From: Bacteroidota bacterium
GTDB lineage: Bacteria; Bacteroidota; Bacteroidia; Palsa-965
Assembly: GCA_031412295.1 (NCBI GenBank)
Contig: JANOCU010000032.1
Coordinates: forward strand, 2,904 to 66,903
Direction: 5' to 3'
DNA: 64,000 nt
Below the pieces are notes generated by a model. The model ran no database searches. It had not been told where the DNA came from and was given only the letters and a program-made list of their open reading frames with translations. Of this stretch, positions 45,697-55,409 are shown piece by piece. Positions within the stretch are counted from its first letter, which is position 1, and every line of letters starts with the position of its first letter. The translations under genes and the position numbers were made by a program.

Positions 45697-46710
45697 ATGC
45701 GATCCTACTTTTACTTTCGGAAACTTTACGTTGCAGGAGTGCTCTTGTTCGGTGTGATCGTGGTAGGTACGATCGGCTATATGGCCATCGACAATCGTTT
45801 CAGCTTTCTTGACGCGCTTTATATGACCGTTACGACCATTGCGACAGTCGGTTTCAGGGAAGTGCATGAATTAGGAGTAGGAGGAAAGCTATTTACAATT
45901 GTGCTCATCATTATTGGTTTTGGTACATTTGCTTATGTGCTCTCGGCATTATCGAGCTACATTCTCAGCGGCGAATTCCGTCAATATTACTCACGCGTTA
46001 AAAAGGTGAATGCAATAGCCAAACTCACAGGTCACGTAATCATTTGTGGTTACGGTCGTAACGGCAGACAAGCTGCGCATGTTTTAAAGAAGCATGACCG
46101 CAGGTTTGTCGTGATCGAACAGAAAAAAGAAATCATCGAGGCCATCAATCACCGCTATTCTGAACTGGTAATTGATGGTGATGCTACACAGGATGATGTG
46201 CTCGAAAAAGCCGGCATTGAACGTGCTTCTGCGCTCATTACCACGTTGCCTACAGACGCGGATAATCTTTTTATTGTACTCAGTGCACGTGCGCTTAACT
46301 CAAAGCTCACAATTATTTCACGCGCATCAGATGACAATTCCGATAAAAAACTAAAAACAGCAGGCGCAGATAACGTCATCATGCCGGATAAGATCGGTGG
46401 CGCGCATATGGCTTCCCTGGTTTTGAAACCGGATGTAATTGAATTTATCGATCACATCACCGGGCAAGGCGGACCCGATATTAATCTCGAAGAAATTACA
46501 TTTGATAATCTTCCGCAACATCTTCGAAATAAAACGATCCGCGATTTAGAGATCCGGAATAAATCAGGCGCAAATATTGTCGGATTCAAAAAAGGAAACG
46601 GAGAATACATCATCAATCCCGATCCCGATACACAACTAATTCCCGACGGAAAATTATTTGTACTCGGTACGCAGGAGCAGATTGTGCGGTTGAAAGAATT
46701 ATTGTCATAG
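45697..46710 (+). CDS. Two-TM K+-channel-like protein with C-terminal RCK (TrkA-N/TrkA-C) domain
   Basis: Pore region LDALYMTVTTIATVGFREV between two TM helices; Rossmann VIICGYGRNGRQ. The filter is TVGFRE rather than TVGYGD. Confidence 0.75.
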   Translation: MRSYFYFRKLYVAGVLLFGVIVVGTIGYMAIDNRFSFLDALYMTVTTIATVGFREVHELGVGGKLFTIVLIIIGFGTFAYVLSALSSYILSGEFRQYYSRVKKVNAIAKLTGHVIICGYGRNGRQAAHVLKKHDRRFVVIEQKKEIIEAINHRYSELVIDGDATQDDVLEKAGIERASALITTLPTDADNLFIVLSARALNSKLTIISRASDDNSDKKLKTAGADNVIMPDKIGGAHMASLVLKPDVIEFIDHITGQGGPDINLEEITFDNLPQHLRNKTIRDLEIRNKSGANIVGFKKGNGEYIINPDPDTQLIPDGKLFVLGTQEQIVRLKELLS

Positions 46711-46740
46711 CCGAATGTGCAAATAGCAAATGTGTAAATA

Positions 46741-46800
46741 AAAAATCTGCGCTATCTCCGCGGAATCTGTGAAAATCTGCGAGAACTTTTTTGCACGCAG
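46741..46800. repeat. AATCTGCG octamer repeats (x3) ending in an inverted copy that forms a hairpin with a T run
   Basis: aaaaatctgcgctatctccgcggaatctgtgaaaatctgcgagaacttttttgcacgcagatt. Confidence 0.6.
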
Positions 46801-46821
46801 ATTCAAATGATTCCGCCGAGT

Positions 46822-47002
46822 CCTGTAGGGACGACACTTTTGTAAAAAACAAATCAGAAGATGGACAAGCCCTGTAGGGACGACACTTTTGTAACAAAAA
46901 CAGTCTATATCAAAAACTAAGCCCTGTAGGGGCGACATTTTCTCTACGCGCCTCACCTACCCAAGGCAATACGCGTGGAAAAAATGTCGCCCCTACAGGA
47001 CT
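46822..47002. repeat. REP-like element cluster: 3 direct copies of (g)cctgtaggg[ag]cgaca(c)tttt at ~50-bp spacing plus an inverted terminal copy, giving a 19-bp stem with a 40-nt loop
   Basis: Copies at 46822, 46871 and 46923; inverted copy aaaatgtcgcccctacagg at 46981..47001. A related motif lies at 26184..26200. Confidence 0.8.
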
Positions 47003-47154
47003 AAAAAATCACAGCAAAGCATACAATCATTTCTTCTTCCCAATAACATCTTACAAATTTTTTATTTTCCATTTCCCAATTTCCATTTTCTATCCTCATG
47101 CAAAAAAGGTTAAACCCTTTGCGTTTGGCCCGATTATCGCTTAGTTTTATCCCA

Positions 47155-47505
47155 ATGAAAATCGCCGCAATCCTGCTTTCATTTTATTTCGTTTTAATCT
47201 CCTCCCAGCCCGTTATTGCAGCTGTTGTGAAGATGACGAATGCATGTGAGATGGTAAGCAGATGTGACGAAACCATTTCCAGTGAATGCCCGAAAAATCG
47301 TAAAGCATGTCCTGAAGAAAAAAACAGCTGTGCGCTTTGTTGCATTAACGTATTCCAAAGCGCGTTCTGTTGCGGCGCACTTATTGAAGAAAACAATTAT
47401 AAGTTCAGCTTACATCCCGAATCCGAACGCCAATATCCCGGCGCGGATTTAATCCTTCCTTCCTCTTATTCTCCTGACTGTTGGCAGCCGCCTGAAATGA
47501 CTTGA
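47155..47505 (+). CDS. Hypothetical secreted Cys-rich protein (~116 aa, at least 10 Cys)
   Basis: Signal-like MKIAAILLSFYFVLISSQPVIAAVV, then NACEMVSRCDETISSECPKNRKACPEEKNSCALCCINVFQSAFCCG. Confidence 0.45.
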   Translation: MKIAAILLSFYFVLISSQPVIAAVVKMTNACEMVSRCDETISSECPKNRKACPEEKNSCALCCINVFQSAFCCGALIEENNYKFSLHPESERQYPGADLILPSSYSPDCWQPPEMT

Positions 47506-47557
47506 TTTATTCACAGGAATAAAAATCAATTTATTTTAATCTTAAAAAATAACGATC

Positions 47558-47707
47558 ATGAAAAAAGTAATTTTCAGCATCGCGGTCATTCTTATGTCCG
47601 CAGGTGCAGTAGTAGCAGCTAACGTAATTGCAAAATCAACGTCTGAATGTTCAACTTGCACAACATGCGAGTGCCCGTTTTGTACGGATGATTGCTGCGC
47701 AAAGTAA
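47558..47707 (+). CDS. Unannotated 49-aa Cys-rich secreted peptide: signal peptide plus ~24-aa core KSTSECSTCTTCECPFCTDDCCAK (7 Cys)
   Basis: ATG at 47558, TAA at 47705..47707. Predicted AXA-type cleavage after AANVIA. Followed by a terminator at 47726..47759. Below the ORF-track size cutoff. Confidence 0.5.
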   Translation: MKKVIFSIAVILMSAGAVVAANVIAKSTSECSTCTTCECPFCTDDCCAK

Positions 47708-47725
47708 GTAGCAACATGTAAAATG

Positions 47726-47759
47726 GAACCCGTCGCATTCTTGTGGCGGGTTCTTTTTT
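47726..47759 (+). terminator. Rho-independent terminator (gaacccgtcgcattcttgtggcgggttctttttt)
   Basis: Imperfect stem of about 9 bp plus T6. Confidence 0.55.
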
Positions 47760-47814
47760 CCTTCACATAAATGCTAGATTTGTAAATTCTAAAAACGGAC
47801 CCATCCGAAATACA

Positions 47815-48750
47815 ATGTCAAAAACAATTCTCATCACCGGCAGTAACGGCCTCCTCGGGCAGAAGCTGATCTATGCTTTGCTCGATCGCAATAAAATTGA
47901 CGGTGCATGGAATATCATTGCTTCTTCCAAAGGAGAAAACCGGATTTCTGAAACGAGTGGATATACCTATCATTCACTCGACATAACAAGTCGTGAAGAA
48001 GTTTTTTCTGCCATGAAAAAAATTCAGCCTGATGTGATTATCAATACTGCAGCAATGACAAACGTTGATGCATGTGAAACACAGAAGGAAGAATGTTTTG
48101 CAATGAACGTTACAGCTGTTCAGAATTTCATCGACATCAATGAAGTGTGGCAACCGGAAAGCGGGCAATGCCAGTTCATTCATCTTTCCACCGATTTTGT
48201 TTTTGACGGAGAGAACGGTCCGTACCGCGAAACAGATAAAACAAATCCGCTAAGCTATTACGCATGGTCAAAGCTTGAAGCTGAAAAATTGCTGGAGGCA
48301 TCTACAATTAAGTGGGCCATCCTGCGCACAATCATTGTTTATGGCATCGTAGATAATATGAGCCGTTCCAATATTGTTTTGTGGGCGAAAGAAGCATTGG
48401 AAAAAAAACAAAAAATAAATATTGTCGACGATCAATTCCGTTCGCCGACGCTTGCCGAAGATCTTGCTGAAGGATGTTTGCTTTGCGCAGAAAAAGGTGC
48501 AACAGGAATTTTTCACATTGCTGGAAAAGACCAGATGAGCGTGCTCGAGCTGGTGTATCGTGTTGCAGATTTTTGGAAGCTGGATAAATCATTGGTTACA
48601 CCTTCAAAATCAGAATCGATCAAACAACCGGCAAAACGTCCATGGCGCACCGGGTTAGTTATAGAAAAAGCGAAACGAGAATTAGGTTATAATCCGCATT
48701 CATTTGAAGAAGGTTTGGCATTGCTCGAGAAGCAGCTGCATTCAAAATAG
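47815..48750 (+). CDS. NAD(P)-dependent sugar-nucleotide reductase/epimerase, RmlD (dTDP-4-dehydrorhamnose reductase)-like
   Basis: N-terminal ILITGSNGLLGQKL Rossmann motif; YxxxK (YAWSK). About 310 aa, as in the RmlD_sub_bind family. Confidence 0.65.
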   Translation: MSKTILITGSNGLLGQKLIYALLDRNKIDGAWNIIASSKGENRISETSGYTYHSLDITSREEVFSAMKKIQPDVIINTAAMTNVDACETQKEECFAMNVTAVQNFIDINEVWQPESGQCQFIHLSTDFVFDGENGPYRETDKTNPLSYYAWSKLEAEKLLEASTIKWAILRTIIVYGIVDNMSRSNIVLWAKEALEKKQKINIVDDQFRSPTLAEDLAEGCLLCAEKGATGIFHIAGKDQMSVLELVYRVADFWKLDKSLVTPSKSESIKQPAKRPWRTGLVIEKAKRELGYNPHSFEEGLALLEKQLHSK

Positions 48751-48822
48751 TATACGCGGTTATTAATGCAAATTGCTATTTACGTTATTTAGAATTAAAT
48801 TTAGAGAAGAGAATCTGAATTT

Positions 48823-49308
48823 ATGAGCACAATAACGATAAGGGAGTATAAGCCATCCGACAGAACAGCTTGCATTGAAATTTTCAAAAGTAATATTCCG
48901 AAGTTTTTTACCAGTGAAGAGTTAGCGTATTTTGAAACCTGGCTGAACGGGCAGGATGAAGGAAAAGTTGCCTATGATAATGCAAAGGCAGAATATTATT
49001 ATGTTGCAGAGCACGATAATAAAATAACAGGCTGCGGCGGATTTTACATTGCGCGCGAAGAATCAGTTGCGCGGATGGCGTGGGGTATGGTTGCAAATTC
49101 ACTGCACAAAAAAGGAATCGGAAAAGAGCTGCTTGTTCACAGGTTTAAAAGTATCGAAGCATTGCATCCGGATTGTGTGATTAGTTTGGATACTTCGCAG
49201 CATACATTTCAGTTTTTCGAAAAGTTTGGTTTTGTTACGACGAAAGTGCAGAAGGATTTTTATACGCAGGGAATGGACCGGTATGATATGGAAAGAAGGA
49301 TTAGTTAG
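48823..49308 (+). CDS. GNAT-family N-acetyltransferase
   Basis: Acetyl-CoA motif LHKKGIGKELLVHRF; ~160 aa. Confidence 0.7.
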   Translation: MSTITIREYKPSDRTACIEIFKSNIPKFFTSEELAYFETWLNGQDEGKVAYDNAKAEYYYVAEHDNKITGCGGFYIAREESVARMAWGMVANSLHKKGIGKELLVHRFKSIEALHPDCVISLDTSQHTFQFFEKFGFVTTKVQKDFYTQGMDRYDMERRIS

Positions 49309-49326
49309 CAGTTTAAATATAATAGC

Positions 49327-49806
49327 ATGGCTGAGATTTTAATCAGAGAGTACAGGCCTTCATATAGAAATGCCTGCATTGAAGTTTTTAGAAGCAATAT
49401 TCCGAAGTTTTTTGCGGAGAGTGAATTAGAACATTTTAAAGCGTGGCTCGATGCGCAGGATGAATTGCATCCGGCTTACAGCAATGCGGTAGAAGATGAT
49501 TTTTATGTCGCGCTGCTGGATAAAAAAGTTGCAGGCTGCGCCGGATTTTACATTATCAAAAATGAGAAGACAGCAAAATTAGCATGGGGAATGGTGGATA
49601 CTTCTTTGCATAAACAGGGCGTAGGAAAAGCACTGTTGGTTCACCGGATAAACAGCATTGAAGTTTTATATCCCGGTTTTAAAATCACGCTGGATGCCTC
49701 GCAGCATTCATTCGAATTTTTTGAGAAGATGGGATTTAAAACAGAGAAAGTCACGAAGGATTATTATGCATCAGGGTTGGATAGATATGATATGGTGCTG
49801 GAATAA
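49327..49806 (+). CDS. GNAT-family N-acetyltransferase (tandem paralog)
   Basis: About 55% identical to the upstream GNAT (IREY.PS.R.ACIE.F.SNIPKFF...). Confidence 0.7.
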   Translation: MAEILIREYRPSYRNACIEVFRSNIPKFFAESELEHFKAWLDAQDELHPAYSNAVEDDFYVALLDKKVAGCAGFYIIKNEKTAKLAWGMVDTSLHKQGVGKALLVHRINSIEVLYPGFKITLDASQHSFEFFEKMGFKTEKVTKDYYASGLDRYDMVLE

Positions 49807-49842
49807 ATTAATCGGAAAGCATCGTTGATGTATATTTGATCA

Positions 49843-50898
49843 ATGAAAATTCTTTACCTCTCTCCCGATGTAGTTCAAAGAGAATTTGAACTTATTGATG
49901 AAGTTAATTCCTGTGATAGTTTGATCAGCTATTTTAATTCTTTCGATTGGGAAAAAGGAAATGCCATCATTGCAAAACGGATAAGTCTCGATATTCCGTA
50001 TTCTCAGCAAATACTACGTTTTCAAAGAAGCGAAACTGATTTTGTTGAATTGTCTCCGAGAGGAAAGGATGATTTTGTTGTTACATGCGTGAATAGAACG
50101 CTTGTATTTGAAGACTATGTTTCAGGCAATATTAACACCCAGGAATTTTCGATTGAAGAATTTCTTGAAGATTTCTGGGGTGAGAATTTAATTGATAAAT
50201 ATTCTTTTGAAGAGATAAATGATTCTGAAGAAAAGGATTTGCATTCCTCATCGCATTTCGGCATTAAAATGTTGTGGCCCCTGTTATTTCTCCTGCTTAC
50301 TCCCATCTTAATGCTAATTGACGCAAAGAAGGGGAAAGAAAGTGATATAATATTATTAGCGGGGATGTCCGCCATCATATTAGTTTTCATGTCGCCTTAT
50401 TTTATCCGTTTATTCCAATATTTCAAATTCAATGGTAACTCATCAATTAATGTCAACAGAAAAAAGAAGACCATCACTTTTACAAAAGCAGGGCAATCAC
50501 AAATTTTCTTTTTCCAAGACATTACCAGGTCAAGAATTATGGTTAACGCAAAACAGGAAATGTTTAGTGCCTGGGCTTATCTGTTGTTAGAAGCCGGACC
50601 AAAAGATAGAATGGTTATCACTAAATTTTTATACGACGATCTTACGGGACTTGCACAACTTCTTAATACAACCCCTGGAATTGAGCCATCATTTTTCCCG
50701 TTCATCCAGCTTAAAATAAAAACGGATGATCAATTGAAAGATGAAAAACATGATTATGATTTAAAAGTGCAGGAATTTACAGACAAGTGGTCGGGGAAGT
50801 CGAAGGAGGAGTTGATGAAGATCAAACAAGATGTAACCGGATATGCGCCGTATGCGATTGAAGCGGCTAACAAATTATTGAAGAAAAGAAATAATTAA
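49843..50898 (+). CDS. Hypothetical membrane protein
   Basis: Two TM helices mid-protein (LWPLLFLLLTPILMLI; ILLAGMSAIILVFMSPYFI); no family. Confidence 0.45.
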   Translation: MKILYLSPDVVQREFELIDEVNSCDSLISYFNSFDWEKGNAIIAKRISLDIPYSQQILRFQRSETDFVELSPRGKDDFVVTCVNRTLVFEDYVSGNINTQEFSIEEFLEDFWGENLIDKYSFEEINDSEEKDLHSSSHFGIKMLWPLLFLLLTPILMLIDAKKGKESDIILLAGMSAIILVFMSPYFIRLFQYFKFNGNSSINVNRKKKTITFTKAGQSQIFFFQDITRSRIMVNAKQEMFSAWAYLLLEAGPKDRMVITKFLYDDLTGLAQLLNTTPGIEPSFFPFIQLKIKTDDQLKDEKHDYDLKVQEFTDKWSGKSKEELMKIKQDVTGYAPYAIEAANKLLKKRNN

Positions 50899-52164
50899 TT
50901 AAATCGCCTGCATCAAAATATAAACCAACGCCCCCGCAAAATAGCCCAGCAACGCAGGAAAAGAAATCTTTTTCAGATACCACACAAACGGAATGCGCTC
51001 AATTCCCATTACCGCAATTCCTGCAGCCGAACCGATGATGAGAATGCTGCCACCCGTTCCCGCGCAATACGCAAGGAATTCCCAGAAATAATGATCGGTC
51101 GGAAATGTTGTCAGCGGATACATTCCCTGCGCAGCTGCTACCAACGGAACATTATCCACAATCGCCGAAGCAAGCCCGATACAGAGCGTTGTTATATTAA
51201 TGTTGCCGATCGCACTATCCATTTTTTGAGCGAGCGAACTAAGCAGGCCATTACTCTCAAGCGCGGATATTGCAAGCAAAATTCCAAGGAAAAAGAACAC
51301 ACTCTGCGTATCCACACGCTGCAATGCGCTTGCTACTGAGAAAGAAGTTTTTTCTTCCTCATTTTTCTTTTTGTGAATGAATTCCGTAATCGTCCACAAT
51401 ATCGCCAGGCCCGCAAGCATTCCCATAAAAGGTGGTAGGCCCGTTAGCGTTTTAAAAACAGGAACCATCAGCAATACGGCTGTTCCCGTTATAAAAACAA
51501 TATTACGTTCAAAAACTGTAGAAGAACCAGGCTTGTCATAAGCCATTGCTTCCGGACGTGAAACTGCTCCCTTCATTTTAAAGCTCATCCATAACAACGG
51601 AATAAACATGCTCACCAGTGATGGAAGGATCAGCTTCACAATAATATTTACACTGGTAATTTGTCCGCCCACCCAAAGCATCGTAGTTGTTACATCACCG
51701 ATCGGCGACCACGCACCGCCCGCATTCGCTGCAATGATCACCATTCCTCCGTAATACATTCTGTCTTCCCTGTCTTTCACCAGCTTGCTGATAAGCGACA
51801 TCATCACAATTGCAGTAGTAAGATTATCAAGAAGAGCAGAAAGGAAAAAAGAAATGAGCGCGATAATGACGAGCAATTTTTTTCTGCTCAGCGTTGTGAT
51901 GCGTGAAGTGATCACATCAAAACCATCATGCGTGTCAATTAATTCAACCACCGTCATCGCCCCGAGCAGAAAAAAAACAATTCCTGAGATATTGCCCAGA
52001 TGATGAAGCAGCTCATTATTAACGGTTACCGATTCGTGATACGCAATGTAAACCGTCCAGCAAAGCACACCGGTAAGCAGGGCGGAGGCGGTTTTATTCA
52101 GCTTCAGCGAATGCTCAAAAATGATCGCGAGATAGCCGATAAGAAAAATGATGACAATTAGCAT
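50899..52164 (-). CDS. nhaD: NhaD-type Na+/H+ antiporter (ArsB/NhaD permease superfamily)
   Basis: N-terminus MLIVIIFLIGYLAIIFEHSLKLNKTASALLTGVLCW and ~11 TM helices. Confidence 0.75.
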   Translation of the reverse strand: MLIVIIFLIGYLAIIFEHSLKLNKTASALLTGVLCWTVYIAYHESVTVNNELLHHLGNISGIVFFLLGAMTVVELIDTHDGFDVITSRITTLSRKKLLVIIALISFFLSALLDNLTTAIVMMSLISKLVKDREDRMYYGGMVIIAANAGGAWSPIGDVTTTMLWVGGQITSVNIIVKLILPSLVSMFIPLLWMSFKMKGAVSRPEAMAYDKPGSSTVFERNIVFITGTAVLLMVPVFKTLTGLPPFMGMLAGLAILWTITEFIHKKKNEEEKTSFSVASALQRVDTQSVFFFLGILLAISALESNGLLSSLAQKMDSAIGNINITTLCIGLASAIVDNVPLVAAAQGMYPLTTFPTDHYFWEFLAYCAGTGGSILIIGSAAGIAVMGIERIPFVWYLKKISFPALLGYFAGALVYILMQAI

Positions 52165-52217
52165 ATAGGCGCAAAAGTACGTTCAATGAGTTGCTTTTAA
52201 TGCCTTTCCTCTAAAAA

Positions 52218-52259
52218 GTTTTGAATCCTGAATGTTGAATCCTGAATGATTTTCGAATC
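52218..52259. repeat. TTGAATCC/TGAATG heptamer-type tandem repeat
   Basis: gttttgaatcctgaatgttgaatcctgaatgattttcgaatc. Confidence 0.7.
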
Positions 52260-52314
52260 TTTTCTTAGTTATATTTGGCAATTCGAACTCCCTAAAACTA
52301 AACGATAAAAATCC

Positions 52315-53802
52315 ATGAGTATTTTCAGAAAAAAATCATTGGAATCATTGCTCGCTCAGTCGGCCGACTCGGAATCGGGATTGAAAAGAACGCTTGGTTC
52401 ATGGCAATTGGTTGCATTGGGAATCGGCGCGATCATCGGTGCCGGACTTTTTGTACGAACAGCAGCAGCAGCAGGTGAAGCTGCCGGTTCAGCGGTTACA
52501 CTTTCTTTTGTTATTGCGGCTGTGGGCTGCGCTTTCGCAGGATTATGCTACGCAGAATTTGCGGCAATGATCCCGATTGCAGGATCTGCTTATACGTATG
52601 CATACGCTACCATGGGCGAATTGATTGCATGGATCATCGGTTGGGCTTTAATTCTTGAGTATGCGCTTGGTGCTGCAACGGTTTCCATCGCATGGAGTGA
52701 ATATTTAAATAAGCTGTTGGGAGGCGCTATACCATATGAATGGTGCCATTCGCCGCTTGAAAGTGCAACTGTTGACGGAACACTTGTTAGCGGAATTGTA
52801 AATGCTCCGGCATTATTTATTCTTCTTGTTCTTTCGCTTCTTCTTATCCGCGGAACAGCAGAATCTGCTTTTGTAAATGCAATTATCGTGTTTTTGAAAG
52901 TTGCAATCGTTCTTGTTTTCATCGTAATCGGATGGCAGTTTATCAAACCGGAAAATCACACACCGTATATCATTCCTGAAAATTATCCCGGACATGAAGG
53001 ATTTTTCCAACATGGATGGGGAGGAATTCTTAAAGGCGCCGGAATTGTATTCTTCGCTTTCATTGGTTTTGATGCCGTTTCTACTGCCGCACAGGAAGCA
53101 AAAAATCCTAAGCGTGATATGCCAATCGGAATTCTCGGATCGCTCGTGGTTTGTACGATCCTCTACATTTTATTCTCACACGTATTGACTGGTGTTGCTC
53201 CATGGTCCGATTTCACTGATCCGACAAAAGGAAAAGAAGCTTCTGTTGCTTATGCGATTTCTGAATACATGGCCGGTTACGGATGGCTTGCAACTGCAGT
53301 TACTGTAGCAATTCTCGCAGGATTCTCTTCTGTAATTCTTGTAATGTTGATGGGACAAAGTCGTGTATTCTATTCCATGTCGCACGATGGATTGCTTCCG
53401 AAAATTTTCTCGCACCTGCATCCGAAATTCCGCACACCTTACAAATCCAATTTAATGCTGTTCTGTTTCGTTGGAATTTTCGGTGGATTTATTCCGGGAA
53501 GTGTTGCGGGTGATTTGACAAGTATCGGAACATTGCTTGCATTCGTTTTAGTTTGCGTAGGAATCTGGGTAATGCGTGTAAATGATCCGAATGCAGTTCG
53601 TCCTTTCCGCACACCAGGTATTTTCAAAGTCGGCAAAGTATTAGTTCCGCTCACACCGATTTTAGGAATTGTAGTCTGCAGCTTCATGATCATTTCACTT
53701 GATATGCTCACACAGCTCAGCGCGCTCGCATGGATGGTTCTCGGATTGATCATTTATTTCATCTACAGCCGAAGCCGCAGCAAGCTTGGAATCTTAAAAT
53801 AA
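52315..53802 (+). CDS. APC-superfamily amino-acid permease
   Basis: 12-TM profile; N-terminal KRTLGSWQLVALGIGAIIGAGLFV consensus. Confidence 0.85.
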   Translation: MSIFRKKSLESLLAQSADSESGLKRTLGSWQLVALGIGAIIGAGLFVRTAAAAGEAAGSAVTLSFVIAAVGCAFAGLCYAEFAAMIPIAGSAYTYAYATMGELIAWIIGWALILEYALGAATVSIAWSEYLNKLLGGAIPYEWCHSPLESATVDGTLVSGIVNAPALFILLVLSLLLIRGTAESAFVNAIIVFLKVAIVLVFIVIGWQFIKPENHTPYIIPENYPGHEGFFQHGWGGILKGAGIVFFAFIGFDAVSTAAQEAKNPKRDMPIGILGSLVVCTILYILFSHVLTGVAPWSDFTDPTKGKEASVAYAISEYMAGYGWLATAVTVAILAGFSSVILVMLMGQSRVFYSMSHDGLLPKIFSHLHPKFRTPYKSNLMLFCFVGIFGGFIPGSVAGDLTSIGTLLAFVLVCVGIWVMRVNDPNAVRPFRTPGIFKVGKVLVPLTPILGIVVCSFMIISLDMLTQLSALAWMVLGLIIYFIYSRSRSKLGILK

Positions 53803-53805
53803 AAA

Positions 53806-53878
53806 AGGGACGAAGGGACGGAGTGACGAGGGGCGGGAAATATTTCTCACCCTCGTCACTCGTCCCTTCTCTTTTTTT
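53806..53878 (+). terminator. Strong rho-independent terminator (17-bp stem gggacg(g)agtgacgaggg ... ccctcgtcactcgtccc, then T7)
   Basis: Direct reading. Confidence 0.7.
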
Positions 53879-53935
53879 CGTCCCATCGTCCCATTTTTCC
53901 GTCCCACGTCCCTTTTTTTCCGTCCCCTTTTCTCC
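53871..53935. repeat. CGTCCCA-type heptamer tandem repeat in the 5' leader of the second permease
   Basis: ttcgtcccatcgtcccatttttccgtcccacgtccctttttttccgtcccc. Confidence 0.7.
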
Positions 53936-53936
53936 T

Positions 53937-55406
53937 ATGACAGAACCTCGTGAATTAAAGAGAACCCTCGGCTTAGTAGATGCCACTTCCTTAGTAGCAG
54001 GTTCGATGATCGGCTCCGGGATTTTTCTTGTGAGCAGCGATATGGCGCGCGATGTTGGTTCTGCGGGCTGGCTGATCACGGCGTGGTTGCTTACCGGTGT
54101 GATCACGTTGATTGCAGCGTTGAGTTATGGCGAGCTTGCGGGAATGATGCCTGCTGCGGGCGGACAATACGTTTACATTCAGCGTGCGTTCGGAAAATTC
54201 ACTTCTTTCCTTTATGGCTGGACAGTTTTTGCTGTGATACAGACAGGAGTAATTGCGGCAGTGGCAATGGCGTTTGCAAATTACGCTTCCGAATTAATGC
54301 CGGTTTTTTCTTCTAAGAATATTTTATTTTCCATTGGTGATTTTGCAATAACGGCACAGCAGGTATTGGCAGTTGCATTAATTGTGTTCCTGACATTTGT
54401 AAATACGCGCGGTGTGAAAGGCGGTGCAGGAATTCAAAAAGTATTTACCGGTGCGAAATTATTAGCACTGTTTGGTTTAATTATTTTCGGATTGTTTGTG
54501 GGATTAAAAACAAACGTCTTCGGAAATAATTTCACCGATTCATTTAATGCAACACGAACATTCCAGGAAGTAAAAGACGGACCATGGAGCACCGTTCCGC
54601 TTAGTGGAATTTTCTTCTGGGCAATTTTCGGAATGACGTTGATGAATTCACTTTTCTCAAGTGATGCATGGAACAATGTCACCTTCATCGCAGGAGAAAT
54701 AAAAGATCCTCAGAAAAATATTCCAAAGAGCTTATTCTATGGAACATTAATTGTCACCATCATTTACATCAGCGCGAATTTAGCTTACCTCGCATTGCTT
54801 CCGCTCAAAGGAGATCCTGCTGCAGCATCAACAGATGTTATGGGCAGGGGAATGCAGTTTGTGGAAAATTCAAGAGTAGGTACTGCGGCTGCAACAATGA
54901 TCTTCGGAAATGTGGCGACCGTGATGATGGCATTGCTGATCATGATTTCTACCTTCGGATGTAATAACGGGATCATTCTTTCCGGCGCGCGTTTGTATTA
55001 TGCAATGGCGAAAGACGGATTGTTCTTCCGTAAAGCAGAAACACTGAACAAGCATTCCGTTCCTGCATTCGCATTATGGAGCCAATGTATCTGGGCATCG
55101 CTGCTTTGTTTTTCAGGCACTTATCGTGATCTTATTTACTATTGCACATTCGCATCAATGATCTTTTACATTGTTACAATCAGCGGACTTTTTATTCTCC
55201 GTAAAAAAGAACCGCTTGCAGAGCGTCCGTACAAGGCATTTGGTTACCCGGTACTACCAGGACTTTATATCCTGATCGCCATTGCCATCTGCGTGAATCT
55301 TTTGTTTATGGATACAAAAAATTCAATGGGGGCATTGGTGGTTATCACTATAGGCGTCCCGATTTATTTTATCCAGGAAGCGCTGAAGAAAAAATCGGTG
55401 CAGTAG
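53937..55406 (+). CDS. APC-superfamily amino-acid transporter (second, divergent paralog)
   Basis: Start at MTEPRELKRTLGLVDATSLVAGSMIGSGIF (internal ATG of ORF 53730..55406); 12 TM helices. Confidence 0.8.
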   Translation: MTEPRELKRTLGLVDATSLVAGSMIGSGIFLVSSDMARDVGSAGWLITAWLLTGVITLIAALSYGELAGMMPAAGGQYVYIQRAFGKFTSFLYGWTVFAVIQTGVIAAVAMAFANYASELMPVFSSKNILFSIGDFAITAQQVLAVALIVFLTFVNTRGVKGGAGIQKVFTGAKLLALFGLIIFGLFVGLKTNVFGNNFTDSFNATRTFQEVKDGPWSTVPLSGIFFWAIFGMTLMNSLFSSDAWNNVTFIAGEIKDPQKNIPKSLFYGTLIVTIIYISANLAYLALLPLKGDPAAASTDVMGRGMQFVENSRVGTAAATMIFGNVATVMMALLIMISTFGCNNGIILSGARLYYAMAKDGLFFRKAETLNKHSVPAFALWSQCIWASLLCFSGTYRDLIYYCTFASMIFYIVTISGLFILRKKEPLAERPYKAFGYPVLPGLYILIAIAICVNLLFMDTKNSMGALVVITIGVPIYFIQEALKKKSVQ

Positions 55407-55409
55407 ATT

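Noticed and set aside
53730-53936. N-terminal extension of the second APC permease ORF
   Set aside because: This region contains a strong terminator and the CGTCCCA repeat array. The real start is MTEPRELK at 53937.
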